The notes under the pieces are model-generated. The model saw nothing but the letters and a program-made list of their open reading frames with translations. It was not told where the DNA came from and made no database searches. Source: an uncultured SAR86 cluster bacterium (lineage in GTDB: Bacteria; Pseudomonadota; Gammaproteobacteria; Magnimaribacterales; Magnimaribacteraceae). Taken from it: a stretch of 64,000 nt of DNA. Position numbers and translations under genes: made by a program. Shown piece after piece: positions 1 through 13,055 of this stretch. The stretch spans positions 3,071-67,070 of the forward strand of contig CACEHP010000008.1 of assembly GCA_902559365.1 (NCBI GenBank), written 5' to 3'. The stretch's first letter is position 1. Each line of letters begins with the position of its first letter.

Positions 1-1170
1 TATGTAAAAAAGAATCTGAAAGATGCAGGTTTTAGTTATGAGAAAGTCAAAGGATTTTCGCATAAGCGACATATGCTTAAAGGCCTTTCAAGCTCAAGAA
101 AAGAAAAGGCATCTATAAAAGGTTTAAAAGTAGCTGTCATTGGGTCGGGAATATCCGGTTGCACTGTAAGTTATTTTCTTTCCAAGCAGGGTATTGAAGT
201 AGATCTTTATGAGCAAGAGGAAGACATATGTTCTGGTGCATCCTCACACGAATTATTGGTTACTTATCCAAGGTTGTCTGCACACGATACCCCTTACGGT
301 AGGTTTAATTTACACGCCTATGTATATGCAACAAATTTTTATGAGAACCTTCAAACATCAGCATGGCAACAAACTGGTGTTTTGGTTTTAAACCATGATT
401 CTGACTCAAATAAGAAGCAAGATTCACTAATACAAAGTAGGAACGATAACCTGCTTTTTGAAGCACTTGACTCCAAAGAAGCCTCTCAGGTTGCTGGCAT
501 AGAAATAATAACTCCTGCAATGTTGTATAGAGATGCTGGATACATTTTACCTAAACAAATTTGTGAAGAGCTAATTGAACATCCAAAAATAAATTTACAA
601 TTATCTACAACAATCAAAGAAGTTATAGAGTCGGGAAATAATGTCTCTTTGATTATTGATGATAAAACAGAAAAATATGATTTTGTTTGCTTATGTGCTG
701 GTAGTGATACAGAAAAAATATATAAATTAGAAGGATTCAGTAAAAAAAGAGGACAAGTAACACATATAAAAAGTAAACATATATTTTCAGATATCAACTT
801 ACCAATTTGCGGGAAAGGATATATTTCACCTGAGATTAATAATATACATGTAGTGGGTTCTAGTTATAGTGATATCGACACATTTGAAGTCTTGGAGGCA
901 GAACATCAACATAACCTAGATAACTTAAAAGTAATTAATGATGAACAGGCAGAAATCAAAACAGGTAAGGTTGGGTTTAGGGCTGTTTCAAAAGATCATA
1001 TGCCGGTCGTAGGCAATCAAGGTAGGGTTTTTGTTAATACATGTCACGGATCAAGAGCTTCAGTAACTGCTCCAATTTGTGCTGACATAGTTTCTAGCCT
1101 TATATCAGGAAAAGCTCCACCTCTTGAAAAAAGAGAATTAGATTCTTTATCTCCAAATAGATTTAATTAA
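1..1170 (+). CDS. mnmC: Bifunctional tRNA mnm5s2U biosynthesis protein MnmC (5'-truncated by the window edge)
   Basis: Frame is open from base 1 (YVKKNLKDAGFSYEKVKGFSHKRHML, typical end of the methyltransferase domain), followed by a FAD-binding GxGxxG oxidoreductase domain with RGQVT, HGSR and terminal SPNRF. Confidence 0.85.
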   Translation, partial: YVKKNLKDAGFSYEKVKGFSHKRHMLKGLSSSRKEKASIKGLKVAVIGSGISGCTVSYFLSKQGIEVDLYEQEEDICSGASSHELLVTYPRLSAHDTPYGRFNLHAYVYATNFYENLQTSAWQQTGVLVLNHDSDSNKKQDSLIQSRNDNLLFEALDSKEASQVAGIEIITPAMLYRDAGYILPKQICEELIEHPKINLQLSTTIKEVIESGNNVSLIIDDKTEKYDFVCLCAGSDTEKIYKLEGFSKKRGQVTHIKSKHIFSDINLPICGKGYISPEINNIHVVGSSYSDIDTFEVLEAEHQHNLDNLKVINDEQAEIKTGKVGFRAVSKDHMPVVGNQGRVFVNTCHGSRASVTAPICADIVSSLISGKAPPLEKRELDSLSPNRFN

Positions 1171-1690
1171 AGCTTGAGAGTATTTCTCCAACAAGAGAAT
1201 CGACACTTGATTGATTGTATTGTTCGCTAGGTCTTTTCAATCTAGTAAAGGCGTACCAAATAACATCTCCTGTTTCATTATCGTAAACTCTAATTGCTAT
1301 CTCGTCATTATCAGATCTGATATATCTTTGATCTCTTGAATCGAAATACCTGTAGTTGTAGTAACCAAAACCGCCTAAATCAGATGATCTCTCAATCTCC
1401 CTTTTAGATCCAAGATAGAATCTAACACTCGCTTCGGAATCATCAGATTTAGAAAGACCTTTATTTATTAAAGTAGATTCAATTGATCTAGCTATTCTCT
1501 GAATCAAAATTGGATTAATGCTGATTTCATTCTCTTGATTTTCTAGAGAAGGAGAAATAACAGAGAAAGTTTTGTAAGAGGATAGGTCATATTGAGTATC
1601 GAAATCTGATTGCACAGCTAATGAGCTTGCGCAAGCGCTAAGACCTATAAATGATAAGGTTATTAAGAATACTTTAATTTGAAATTGCAT
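1163..1690 (-). CDS. DUF4136-like lipoprotein
   Basis: Lipobox LSAC; 'DFDTQYDLSSYKTFS' N-terminus; C-terminal 'IRVYDNETGDVIW'. Confidence 0.7.
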   Translation of the reverse strand: MQFQIKVFLITLSFIGLSACASSLAVQSDFDTQYDLSSYKTFSVISPSLENQENEISINPILIQRIARSIESTLINKGLSKSDDSEASVRFYLGSKREIERSSDLGGFGYYNYRYFDSRDQRYIRSDNDEIAIRVYDNETGDVIWYAFTRLKRPSEQYNQSSVDSLVGEILSSFN

Positions 1691-1699
1691 AGTCTAATT

Positions 1700-2302
1700 T
1701 TAGAAAAAAAAGAATCTTTTTCCTAATTTTTTCTTACAACCATTGTACTGCACTCTATATCTATCTGATTGCCTTTGAACCTTATCAGCAACAGACAGTA
1801 GCCAAGGTTTAGTTCTGTAGCTTCCTTTTTTGTACCCACCTCTTCCTTCGTGATAAGCAAGATAAAGATTTCTGGCATCTGTAAGGGGTATGCGGAGCTG
1901 TTTATGCGTTTTGTAGTTATACCAACCTACGAAATCAACTGAATCTTCAAAATCATTTCTGCTCGAAAACCATCCCCCTCTATCGTTAAGGTACATCTCC
2001 CAGGTTCCGTCTACAGCCTGAGCATAACCTCTTGCACTAGTAACTCTTTTCCAAGGAATAAAACCGAGTAATTTAGTTCTTCCTGGTCTAGCATCTGCTC
2101 TAAAGCTCGATTCTTGTTTAATTATGGCCATTGAGACATAGACAGGGATTTTCCATCTCTTTTCTGTTTTCTTAGCTGCTTTATACCAACTATACCTTTC
2201 TTTAAAAATCTTACAGACATCTGTTGTTGTGCTCGGAGGACTATTAGAAGCGCATCCAGCTAAATAAACCAAGCTTAGAAAAAGGATAAATGAATTTCGC
2301 AT
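1700..2302 (-). CDS. Transglycosylase SLT-domain lipoprotein
   Basis: Lipobox LAGC; catalytic-type IKQESSF, SARGYAQA and YLAYHEG motifs. Confidence 0.8.
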   Translation of the reverse strand: MRNSFILFLSLVYLAGCASNSPPSTTTDVCKIFKERYSWYKAAKKTEKRWKIPVYVSMAIIKQESSFRADARPGRTKLLGFIPWKRVTSARGYAQAVDGTWEMYLNDRGGWFSSRNDFEDSVDFVGWYNYKTHKQLRIPLTDARNLYLAYHEGRGGYKKGSYRTKPWLLSVADKVQRQSDRYRVQYNGCKKKLGKRFFFF

Positions 2303-4989
<2,687 letters not shown>

Positions 4990-4990
4990 A

Positions 4991-7456
4991 TTAACTTGCT
5001 GCCATTTCTACTGCTTGATCGACATCAACAGCAACCATTCTGGACACTCCAGGTTCTTGCATCGTAACGCCCATTAGATGCTTACTTTTTTCCATAGAGA
5101 TTTTATTATGTGTAATATAAACAAATTGTACTCTTTCAGACATTTCATCAACCAAGTCAATAAATCTCATAGTATTGAGATCATCTAAAGGGGCATCAAC
5201 CTCATCAAGTAAACAAAAGGGAGCAGGGTTTAATTCAAAAAAAGCAAAAACAGTTGCTATAGCAGTCAGAGCTTTTTCACCTCCTGATAGTTGAGAAACG
5301 CTAGCATTTTTCTTTCCAGGAGGTCTTGCAGAAATACCAATACCACAAGTTAAAAGATCATCTCCTAACATTACTAATTCGGCATGACCTCCTCCGAATA
5401 ATTTTGGAAATGACTGAGATAAGCTTTGATTTAACTTGTCAAAAGTATCTTTGAAGGTTGTTCTGGTTTCTTTGTCTATTTTGGTTATGGCCCTTTCAAG
5501 TGTCTCTAGAGCTTGCATAAGCTCATCATGCTGCTCATCAAGCAACTCCTTTCTTTTTGATTCTTGATCATATTCTTCCATGGCAGCTAAATTGATAGCA
5601 CCAAGTCGAGAAATCTTTAGCTCAATAGCCTCTAAGTCAGCTGAATAACTTTCCACAGATTTGTCATCTACCAATTCATTTTTTATTTTTGAAAGATCAC
5701 CCTCAAGCTCTTCAACCTGTTTCTCGATATTATTCTGTTCAATCTTGGATGCCTGTCTTTCCAATCTAAGATTTTCAAGAAGTTCTCTTAAAGTGATAGC
5801 AGCCTGTTCCTTTTCTATCTTTTCTCTTTCTATCTTATGTATGGAGGCATTGCATTCTTCTATGGCCTTTCTTGACTCCAACAAATTCTCTTCAACCTTG
5901 AGCCTGTCTGATAATAGTTGATCAAGCTTTTCTTGAATTTCATTTATGGGTTGAGTTAATTCTTTTGATTCTTCTTCAAGATTTCTATTTTCTTCAGTAA
6001 GGTCTTGAAGTTTAGTGCTGATATGAGAATCTTCCGAGTTCATAGAAGCTAATTTGGCTTGTAGCTCTGCATACTTATCTGTTTTTTCAATTAAATTGAT
6101 TCTCTGTTGCTTTGCTCCTTCAGATGCATTAATTAAAAAATCTTGGGTAAGCTTGGTCAGTTTATTTGGTTCAGTTTCAAGTTTCTTCAGATCATTTTGC
6201 AGTGACTCGATCTTTCGTAAGTCATCATCTACAGAATCATTATTAGATAATTTAGATTTAATTGAACCTATTGAATAAATAATATTATTCAATAAATCTT
6301 TAGTTTCTGTAATGAAAATAAGCCACAATCCTTCAATCTTTTCAGCTTCGGCAGTATCAGGACCGTCAGTATTCTCTTTTAGTGACTTTAATTCATTTTC
6401 TATAGCACTGATCTCTAATTGCGCTGAGGACTTATTTTCACTCAGTTTTTCAATTTCTCTGTTTCTGGTATCAATTTGTATCTTATTGGTTGATATCTTT
6501 TCAGTTATCTCATTAACTCTATCTTTTTTCAAAGCGATTTCTTGTTCCGTTCTAGATATGTCGGCACCAAAACTATAAAATTCTTGTTGGACTTTATCTA
6601 GCGCAGTTTGAAGTTCAATTTGTTTAGCTCTCAATTTAATGATCTCACTATCAGAGGTATTTTTTTGAGAATTAATCTCCTCTACCTTAAGTTCTTGGTC
6701 CTTAACTTCTTTTTCTTTAGCTACAAGTACTGAAGAGACATCTCTCCACTTAGAACCCAAAAGCATTAACTGGGCTTTAGTCTCATCTTTCCTTAGTTCA
6801 TGATATTTTTCTGCAGCTTTGGCCTGCCTTTGAAGTTTAAAGAGCAATCGAGAAATTTCTTCTCTTAAATCTTCTAATCTCGATAGGTTTTCTTTCGTTC
6901 TCTTTATGCGTGATTCTGTTTCTTTTTTTCTTTCTAAATATCTAGAAATACCAGCAACTTCTTCTATGTAGCCTCTCATTTCTTCTGGTTTTGCACTCAC
7001 TAGCTGCGAGATCATTCCCTGCTCGATAATTGCATAAGATCTAGGACCTAAACCTGTTCCTAAAAAAACATCAGTTATATCTTTTTTTCTACAACTGGTT
7101 CCATTCAAATAGTAATTAGATTGACCATCAAGCTCTAAGCTCCTGCGAACAGAAATTTCACTATAGCTAGAATATTCTCCTCCGATACGTCCTTCCTTGT
7201 TGTCAAAAAATAGCTCAACTGAGGCTTTAGAGACTGGTTTTCTTGAAGAGGAGCCATTAAAAACAACATCTGTCATGGAATCACTTCTCAGATTCTTGGC
7301 AGAGCTTTCACCTAAAACCCAACGAACTGCATCAATCACATTAGATTTTCCACAACCATTTGGACCAACAATACAAGACATGCTTGAAGGAAAGGTAACC
7401 GATGTAGGATCAACAAATGATTTAAAACCTGATAGCTTTATCGAATTAAGTCGCAT
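4991..7456 (-). CDS. smc: Chromosome segregation protein SMC, unusually short (821 aa), no recognisable hinge
   Basis: GFKSF, Walker A GPNGCGKSN, signature LSGGEK, Walker B/D-loop LLDEVDAPLD; smc-zipA-ligA synteny. Confidence 0.92.
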   Translation of the reverse strand: MRLNSIKLSGFKSFVDPTSVTFPSSMSCIVGPNGCGKSNVIDAVRWVLGESSAKNLRSDSMTDVVFNGSSSRKPVSKASVELFFDNKEGRIGGEYSSYSEISVRRSLELDGQSNYYLNGTSCRKKDITDVFLGTGLGPRSYAIIEQGMISQLVSAKPEEMRGYIEEVAGISRYLERKKETESRIKRTKENLSRLEDLREEISRLLFKLQRQAKAAEKYHELRKDETKAQLMLLGSKWRDVSSVLVAKEKEVKDQELKVEEINSQKNTSDSEIIKLRAKQIELQTALDKVQQEFYSFGADISRTEQEIALKKDRVNEITEKISTNKIQIDTRNREIEKLSENKSSAQLEISAIENELKSLKENTDGPDTAEAEKIEGLWLIFITETKDLLNNIIYSIGSIKSKLSNNDSVDDDLRKIESLQNDLKKLETEPNKLTKLTQDFLINASEGAKQQRINLIEKTDKYAELQAKLASMNSEDSHISTKLQDLTEENRNLEEESKELTQPINEIQEKLDQLLSDRLKVEENLLESRKAIEECNASIHKIEREKIEKEQAAITLRELLENLRLERQASKIEQNNIEKQVEELEGDLSKIKNELVDDKSVESYSADLEAIELKISRLGAINLAAMEEYDQESKRKELLDEQHDELMQALETLERAITKIDKETRTTFKDTFDKLNQSLSQSFPKLFGGGHAELVMLGDDLLTCGIGISARPPGKKNASVSQLSGGEKALTAIATVFAFFELNPAPFCLLDEVDAPLDDLNTMRFIDLVDEMSERVQFVYITHNKISMEKSKHLMGVTMQEPGVSRMVAVDVDQAVEMAAS

Positions 7457-7565
7457 TTTTAAATTCCTTTAGAGGGTAAGAAACCAATGCCTTGAAAAAA
7501 GACACTAATGAAACAAAATAAGCTTTCATTTGCTTAGAAAGTTTAGTCTATAAAGTCTTCAGAAA

Positions 7566-8231
7566 CTACTGATTTTTTCTTTTTTTTACTGCTTCTATAA
7601 GGGCCTTTAAGTCATTTCTTTCTTTTTCAGAATTTAAGAAAGGTACAGCTCGATTCCATAGATCTATCGTTGAAGAGACATTATTATTTTCAAGTTCAAA
7701 AAGACCTTTTAGGGTCAAAGCAGAAGGATTATTTGGATTTTTTATCAAAGCTTCGTCCAGTACTATCTGAAGGCGTTCATCAAATTTTTTCTCGTTACTC
7801 AAGAATAGAACTTGAGCAAATTCCGCAACAACATTTCCATCTAATTCCTTTTGAAATCTACCATAGATTTCTTCATACACTTCCCTTGAAAGGGAAAATT
7901 CATTTACATCTTTTAATTGTCTGGCAAGTATATAAAGTTCCCCAGCTTGAGCATCTTCTTTAGCAACTAAATTAGTTACAAGATCTTCAACATCTTCTCT
8001 AACTTTTTCCTTAGATTCTGTATTGCCTTTAAGAAAAATCTCCAAAGCAAGTTTTTGATTAACTAAATCAAAGGATCCTTTAGATAGGAACTTATCGTAG
8101 AGGGCTAGAGAAAGAACTGCAGCAATAAGTGAGGTTGCTATATTTCTGTTAAATCTGAAATAATCCTTCTTATCAGCTAAAACCAAGTAAAAGGATAAAA
8201 ATAAAATCAGGAAAAGATAAAAATAGAACAC
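7566..8231 (-). CDS. ccmI: Cytochrome c biogenesis TPR protein (CcmI/CycH-like)
   Basis: Two N-terminal TM segments, TPR-like 'ALIKNPNNPSALTLKGLFE'; last gene of the ccm operon; GTG start. Confidence 0.7.
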   Translation of the reverse strand: MFYFYLFLILFLSFYLVLADKKDYFRFNRNIATSLIAAVLSLALYDKFLSKGSFDLVNQKLALEIFLKGNTESKEKVREDVEDLVTNLVAKEDAQAGELYILARQLKDVNEFSLSREVYEEIYGRFQKELDGNVVAEFAQVLFLSNEKKFDERLQIVLDEALIKNPNNPSALTLKGLFELENNNVSSTIDLWNRAVPFLNSEKERNDLKALIEAVKKRKNQ

Positions 8232-8235
8232 TTAA

Positions 8236-8637
8236 CTATCTCTTCCTAACAAACAAAATTATAAATATAGCTAAAAGCATCAACAGGAAAGGACCGAACC
8301 AAAGAATATATGTAGCGGGCTCAATAGGAGGGTTGTAAATAATAAAATTGCCATATCTTTGAACTAAATGAGATTTAATTTGTTCTGCTGAATTTCCTTC
8401 TAGCACAAGCTCATAGACTTCTCTTTTCAGATCATTTGAAATGGGAGAATTAGAACCTGAAAGATTAGAGCTTTGGCACTTAGGACACCTTAACTCATTA
8501 AGTAGAGAATAGAATAAAGATTCTTTGGCTTCGGAAGAAAATGGATAGGCATCATTGTTGAAATCTAATCTATTTTCTTCATCTCCAGATATTTCGATTG
8601 AGAAGACGAGGAAGAATAGAGGTATCAACTTATTCAT
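8236..8637 (-). CDS. ccmH: Cytochrome c biogenesis protein CcmH
   Basis: LRCPKCQ motif, RYG, LWFGP; ATG at 8637 chosen as the likely start. Confidence 0.93.
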   Translation of the reverse strand: MNKLIPLFFLVFSIEISGDEENRLDFNNDAYPFSSEAKESLFYSLLNELRCPKCQSSNLSGSNSPISNDLKREVYELVLEGNSAEQIKSHLVQRYGNFIIYNPPIEPATYILWFGPFLLMLLAIFIILFVRKR

Positions 8638-9151
8638 TGAGGTATTTTGCAAACTTTTTTTCCCAAACTGTTTCGTCTATAACTCCGACATGTCTTTCAC
8701 GGATCACACCATTTTTGTCGACAAAGAATGTTTCAGGCGCTCCGTAGACACCTAAATCTATCGCCAATCTGCCTTCAAAATCATAAATAGAAAATTCGTA
8801 AGGATCTCCATCTCTTTCTAATAAAGATAGAGCTTTTGTCCTATTATCTTTGTAATTTAAACCATAAATGGTTACGACTGATTCATTCTTCAATTGCATC
8901 AAGAAAGGATGCTCTACTCTACAGGCTATGCACCATGTAGCCCATACGTTGATCAGGGCAGGAAGCTTAGAAATGTCTCCTTTGGTAAGGGTTTTATTAT
9001 CATTCGAGAGGGCGGAAAGAGAGAAATCTGGAAAATCACTATCTACCAAAGCTGTTTCTAGCTGATCATCCTTTTCAGATAAAAAAGAAAAAAGCACAAT
9101 TAGTAAGGCAACAAAAATAGCTAGAGGAAATATATCAATAACTTTTTTCAT
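8630..9151 (-). CDS. ccmG: Thiol:disulfide interchange protein CcmG/DsbE
   Basis: WATWCIAC and GVYGAPETF motifs. Confidence 0.95.
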   Translation of the reverse strand: MKKVIDIFPLAIFVALLIVLFSFLSEKDDQLETALVDSDFPDFSLSALSNDNKTLTKGDISKLPALINVWATWCIACRVEHPFLMQLKNESVVTIYGLNYKDNRTKALSLLERDGDPYEFSIYDFEGRLAIDLGVYGAPETFFVDKNGVIRERHVGVIDETVWEKKFAKYLNE

Positions 9152-11055
9152 GTTTTTCTAACTCTTTTAATTCCAGCCAATAAACTGCCAATTGCAATCA
9201 TTAGGGCTCCCAACCATATCCATCGGATAAATGGTTTAATTTGAACTTTAAAAGACCAAATATCCGCCTCTAAATTATCTCCCATAGAAATATATAAATC
9301 CTGGAATATTTCTGTTTTTATTCCAGCTTCAGTTGTAAGTTGACCCGAAGGCGAATAAGTTCTCTTTTCAGTCAATACATCAGAAAAATTTGAACCATCA
9401 CTGAATGACATGGTAGCCGATTTAGAAAAATAATTTGGCCCCATAATGTCCTCTGTATTTTTGAAAAGAATAGTTTGATTACCAAATTCCACTGAATCAT
9501 CAGGAGCTAGTATTATCTCTTTCTCTAAGGAGTAACTTGAAACTACAGCTACACCTAAAGTGAGAATTGCCATCCCCAAATGAGCAAAAGTTACAGCAGC
9601 TCTTTTTCTTAAGAATCTCCAGTAATTTAAGTTTTTGTTCTTATTAATTTGAAGTGTGCCCATCAAAATCCAAGAAGATAAAAATATTGTAGCGAAAGAG
9701 GTTAAATGCAAATTATCAAAAAGAATAAACAGGATAATAAGTATCAATACAAAGATTGAAACACTTTCGATGAGTAATCTTGGTAAAAATTTAAAAGATG
9801 AAGAAGTGCCCCAAGATAGGTACAAAGCAAATCCTTGCAGCAATCCTAAAGCTAAAGCGAAAGGAAAAAGAATTACTTCAAAGTATGGTGCCCCAACAGA
9901 AATTTGTTTTCCATCTGTAATAGCCTCATAAATAAGAGGAAAGATTGTTCCAAATAAAATTGAAACAGCAAGGATAACTAGGAGAAGATTGTTCAGTAAA
10001 AAACCAAATTCTTTTGAGGTCAATTCATAAGAAGGTGTTGTCTCATTTTCAAAATCTTTAATTGAGTAGATGAATAAACTACCGATTATAAAAAAGGCCA
10101 ATATACCCAAAATAAAGAGTCCTCTCTCTGGATCAAGGGCAAAGGCATGAACTGAAGTTAATATACCAGATCTTACCAAAAAGGTACCAAGTAAGCTTGT
10201 TGCAAAAGCAAATATTGATAAAAGAATAGACCATTTACCAAAAACACCTCGGTTTTCGCTAGCTATCAAAGAATGAAATAAAGCCACAGATAGGAGCCAA
10301 GGAATGAATGCCGCGTTTTCTACTGGATCCCAAAACCACCAGCCTCCCCAACCCAACTCATAATAGGCCCACCAGCTTCCCAGCGCTATTCCCAATGTTA
10401 AAAAGCTGCATGACATGAGAGTCCAGGGCCTAGAGTTACTGGCCCAATCTTTTGTATCTTTGCTAAAGAGCATTGCTGCTACAGATATAGCAAAAGGAAT
10501 CATGAGGCCTGAATAACCAAAATATAATAAAGGTGGATGTACAGTAAACGCAATGTCTTGAAGTGAAGGGTTTAAATCAGCTCCACTTAAGGGCGGGATA
10601 GGCAATATCCTTTCAAAAGGATTTGATGTAAAAAGTGTGAATAATGAGAAGGCAAATATCACTTGGCAAGAAATAGAAAATACAGTGGAAATGTAATCTT
10701 TATCTTTAGAATTGTTAAAAAACATAAAGGCTATCAACCAGCCGTTCATCGCCAATATCCAGAGCAGAAGAGAGCCTTCGTGAGCTCCCCACGTAGCAGC
10801 TAATTTATAATAGTTTGGTAAATTGATATTTGAGTTTTGAGAGACGTAGGCAACAGAGAAATCATCTATCAAAAAGGAATAGATCAATACGAGGAAAGGT
10901 ACAAGTATTAGAAAGAATAAAAAAACAGATAACTTCTTCGTAGGGATGGAAAGAAAATCATTCTTTGAATAAATTGCTGCTAGCGGCAGTATTCCTCCCA
11001 TGAAGCTTAGAACTAAATGAGATATTAAAATTATATGGCCTATTTCAGGGATCAT
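9148..11055 (-). CDS. ccmF: Heme lyase subunit CcmF
   Basis: WAYYELGWGGWWFWDPVEN WWD motif; SVHAF. Confidence 0.97.
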   Translation of the reverse strand: MIPEIGHIILISHLVLSFMGGILPLAAIYSKNDFLSIPTKKLSVFLFFLILVPFLVLIYSFLIDDFSVAYVSQNSNINLPNYYKLAATWGAHEGSLLLWILAMNGWLIAFMFFNNSKDKDYISTVFSISCQVIFAFSLFTLFTSNPFERILPIPPLSGADLNPSLQDIAFTVHPPLLYFGYSGLMIPFAISVAAMLFSKDTKDWASNSRPWTLMSCSFLTLGIALGSWWAYYELGWGGWWFWDPVENAAFIPWLLSVALFHSLIASENRGVFGKWSILLSIFAFATSLLGTFLVRSGILTSVHAFALDPERGLFILGILAFFIIGSLFIYSIKDFENETTPSYELTSKEFGFLLNNLLLVILAVSILFGTIFPLIYEAITDGKQISVGAPYFEVILFPFALALGLLQGFALYLSWGTSSSFKFLPRLLIESVSIFVLILIILFILFDNLHLTSFATIFLSSWILMGTLQINKNKNLNYWRFLRKRAAVTFAHLGMAILTLGVAVVSSYSLEKEIILAPDDSVEFGNQTILFKNTEDIMGPNYFSKSATMSFSDGSNFSDVLTEKRTYSPSGQLTTEAGIKTEIFQDLYISMGDNLEADIWSFKVQIKPFIRWIWLGALMIAIGSLLAGIKRVRKT

Positions 11056-11477
11056 TCTTTAGAGTCTAATAACTTTGCAACTTCTGGAGGCATATAGTTC
11101 TCGTCATGTTTAGCTAGAACTTCAATAGCAAGGAAATCTCCCTCTGGTGTTAGATTACCCCTTACTACCACTCCGGCATTCTCAGCAAATAGATCGGGCA
11201 AAATGCCTTCATATTTAATCAATAAATCATTTTGATAATCTGTAACTGTGAAACTTACATCTAAAGAATCTTTACTTTTAACAATTGAACCAGCTTTAAC
11301 CATACCTCCAGCCCTAATAAGGGTACCTTGATCTAAATTAGCTTCTTTAATTTCGGTTGGAGAATAGAATAAATTCATATTTTCGGATAGAGCAGATACA
11401 ACCAGCCAAGTGGCAAGTAAAGAACCAATCAAAATAGCTATCAAAGCATACAATCTTTGTTTTCTTATAGGGTTCAT
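11052..11477 (-). CDS. ccmE: Heme chaperone CcmE
   Basis: LAKHDENYMPPE motif. Confidence 0.97.
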   Translation of the reverse strand: MNPIRKQRLYALIAILIGSLLATWLVVSALSENMNLFYSPTEIKEANLDQGTLIRAGGMVKAGSIVKSKDSLDVSFTVTDYQNDLLIKYEGILPDLFAENAGVVVRGNLTPEGDFLAIEVLAKHDENYMPPEVAKLLDSKE

Positions 11478-11626
11478 ATATTCTTTAAAGATCTGAAAAT
11501 TTTACTTTTTCTTCTATGAGCAAAAAAAATATTCAAAGCTAGAATAAGTAAAAGAAAAATCACACAAAACCAGACAAAGAGTCCATTACCATCCATTAAA
11601 ATTATATTTTTTAATATCTCAATCAT
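11474..11626 (-). CDS. ccmD: Heme exporter protein CcmD (50 aa; not in the ORF track)
   Basis: Manual translation MIEILKNIILMDGNGLFVWFCVIFLLLILALNIFFAHRRKSKIFRSLKNI*; ATGA overlaps with both ccmC and ccmE; MxGxGxxVW motif, TM helix and basic tail. Confidence 0.88.
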   Translation of the reverse strand: MIEILKNIILMDGNGLFVWFCVIFLLLILALNIFFAHRRKSKIFRSLKNI

Positions 11627-12387
11627 TTAGACTCCTGATCCATAACATGCTTTACCCAGTTTTTAGAACTCTCCCTTTCGATGACTACATTTCTAAGATT
11701 TAAAGTCAGCATATAAGCAAAAAATAAATAAAAACCTATCAAACAAACTAACAGAGGTATATACATATCAGGTGACATGCTGGGAGATGAAGTAATAGTA
11801 AATGTTGATGGTTGATGGAGAGTTTGCCACCAATCTACAGATTTTTTTATAACAGGTATTATGGCAACTCCAACAATGGATAAAATAGAAACAGCTCTAT
11901 CAGCTTTTGTTTTATCTTCGATAGTGGAATGCAAACCGATGAGTGCTGCATAGATAAAAAATAAGATAAGCGTTGAAGTGAGGCGCGCATCCCAAACCCA
12001 CCAAGTGCCCCAAGTAGGTTTTCCCCAAACAGATCCAGTCACTAAAACTAAAAGTGTAAAACTCATGCCTATGGGTGCCGCGGCCTTCAACATCATTCCT
12101 GATATTTTTGCCCTCCAGATTACATTTATGAATCCACATATAGCCATAAAAATGAAGATAGACTCTCCTAGGATCGCTGACGGAACATGAATATAAATAA
12201 TTCTGTAAACATCACCTTGTTTATAGTCCATCGGAGCAATAAATAAGCCCCAATATAAACCTATTAATAATACGAGTAGTGTTAACAGACCTAACCAAGG
12301 AATAATTTGAGACGACCAGTTATAAAATAAAGGGGGTGACCCCATCTCAATAAACCATCTTTTTAATTTATTCCATAATTTATTCAT
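11623..12387 (-). CDS. ccmC: Heme exporter protein CcmC
   Basis: WGKPTWGTWWVWDARLTS, IYIHVP, WQTLHQ. Confidence 0.97.
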   Translation of the reverse strand: MNKLWNKLKRWFIEMGSPPLFYNWSSQIIPWLGLLTLLVLLIGLYWGLFIAPMDYKQGDVYRIIYIHVPSAILGESIFIFMAICGFINVIWRAKISGMMLKAAAPIGMSFTLLVLVTGSVWGKPTWGTWWVWDARLTSTLILFFIYAALIGLHSTIEDKTKADRAVSILSIVGVAIIPVIKKSVDWWQTLHQPSTFTITSSPSMSPDMYIPLLVCLIGFYLFFAYMLTLNLRNVVIERESSKNWVKHVMDQESK

Positions 12388-13054
12388 AATTTAAAAGTAA
12401 GGCTTCAACTGTTAGTAAACATAATAGAGGAATCCCGATTGCAAGCATCGCTCCCATAATCATCAGAAAACCTGAGAAATCTTGATTAGTAAGAGATGAG
12501 GAAATAACCGAAGTCCCCATTAATAACGTAGGTATGGAGAAAGGCAAGACTATTATTGCACTTAAAATTGCTGACCGGCCCAATGATAGCGCTGCACCCA
12601 AAGCACCCAATAGACTCATGAAAGATGTACCCAAAATAAGACTTAATAGCATTGGAATAAAACTTTCAAAAGGGAGATACAAAACTATTGCTGCGATCAA
12701 AGATGCAAAGAGGATGGGTAGACCAGTTATAAGCCAGTGGATTAAAACTTTGGCGAATACTAATATAAATGAAGGCTGTAAAGAGATGAAAAATTCATCT
12801 AGAGTTCCATCCCTAAAATCATCACTAAAAATAGTTTCGACTGCTAAAAGAGAAGCTAATAAGGCTGCTATCCAAATAACTCCAGGAGCTAAAGAGCTTA
12901 GTAAACTTTCTTGAGGTCCTAGAGCTAGAGGAAAAAAAGTTACAACTATTAAGAAAAAAACTAATGGAGTTATATAGGTAGAGGACTTTCTGAAAGCTAT
13001 CAATAGATCTCTCTTTAGAATTATAGTGAACCAACCAAATATTGAATCGTGCAT
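12380..13054 (-). CDS. ccmB: Heme exporter protein CcmB
   Basis: FPLALGP, APGVIW, DFRDGTL; multi-TM. Confidence 0.95.
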   Translation of the reverse strand: MHDSIFGWFTIILKRDLLIAFRKSSTYITPLVFFLIVVTFFPLALGPQESLLSSLAPGVIWIAALLASLLAVETIFSDDFRDGTLDEFFISLQPSFILVFAKVLIHWLITGLPILFASLIAAIVLYLPFESFIPMLLSLILGTSFMSLLGALGAALSLGRSAILSAIIVLPFSIPTLLMGTSVISSSLTNQDFSGFLMIMGAMLAIGIPLLCLLTVEALLLNYE

Positions 13055-13055
13055 T

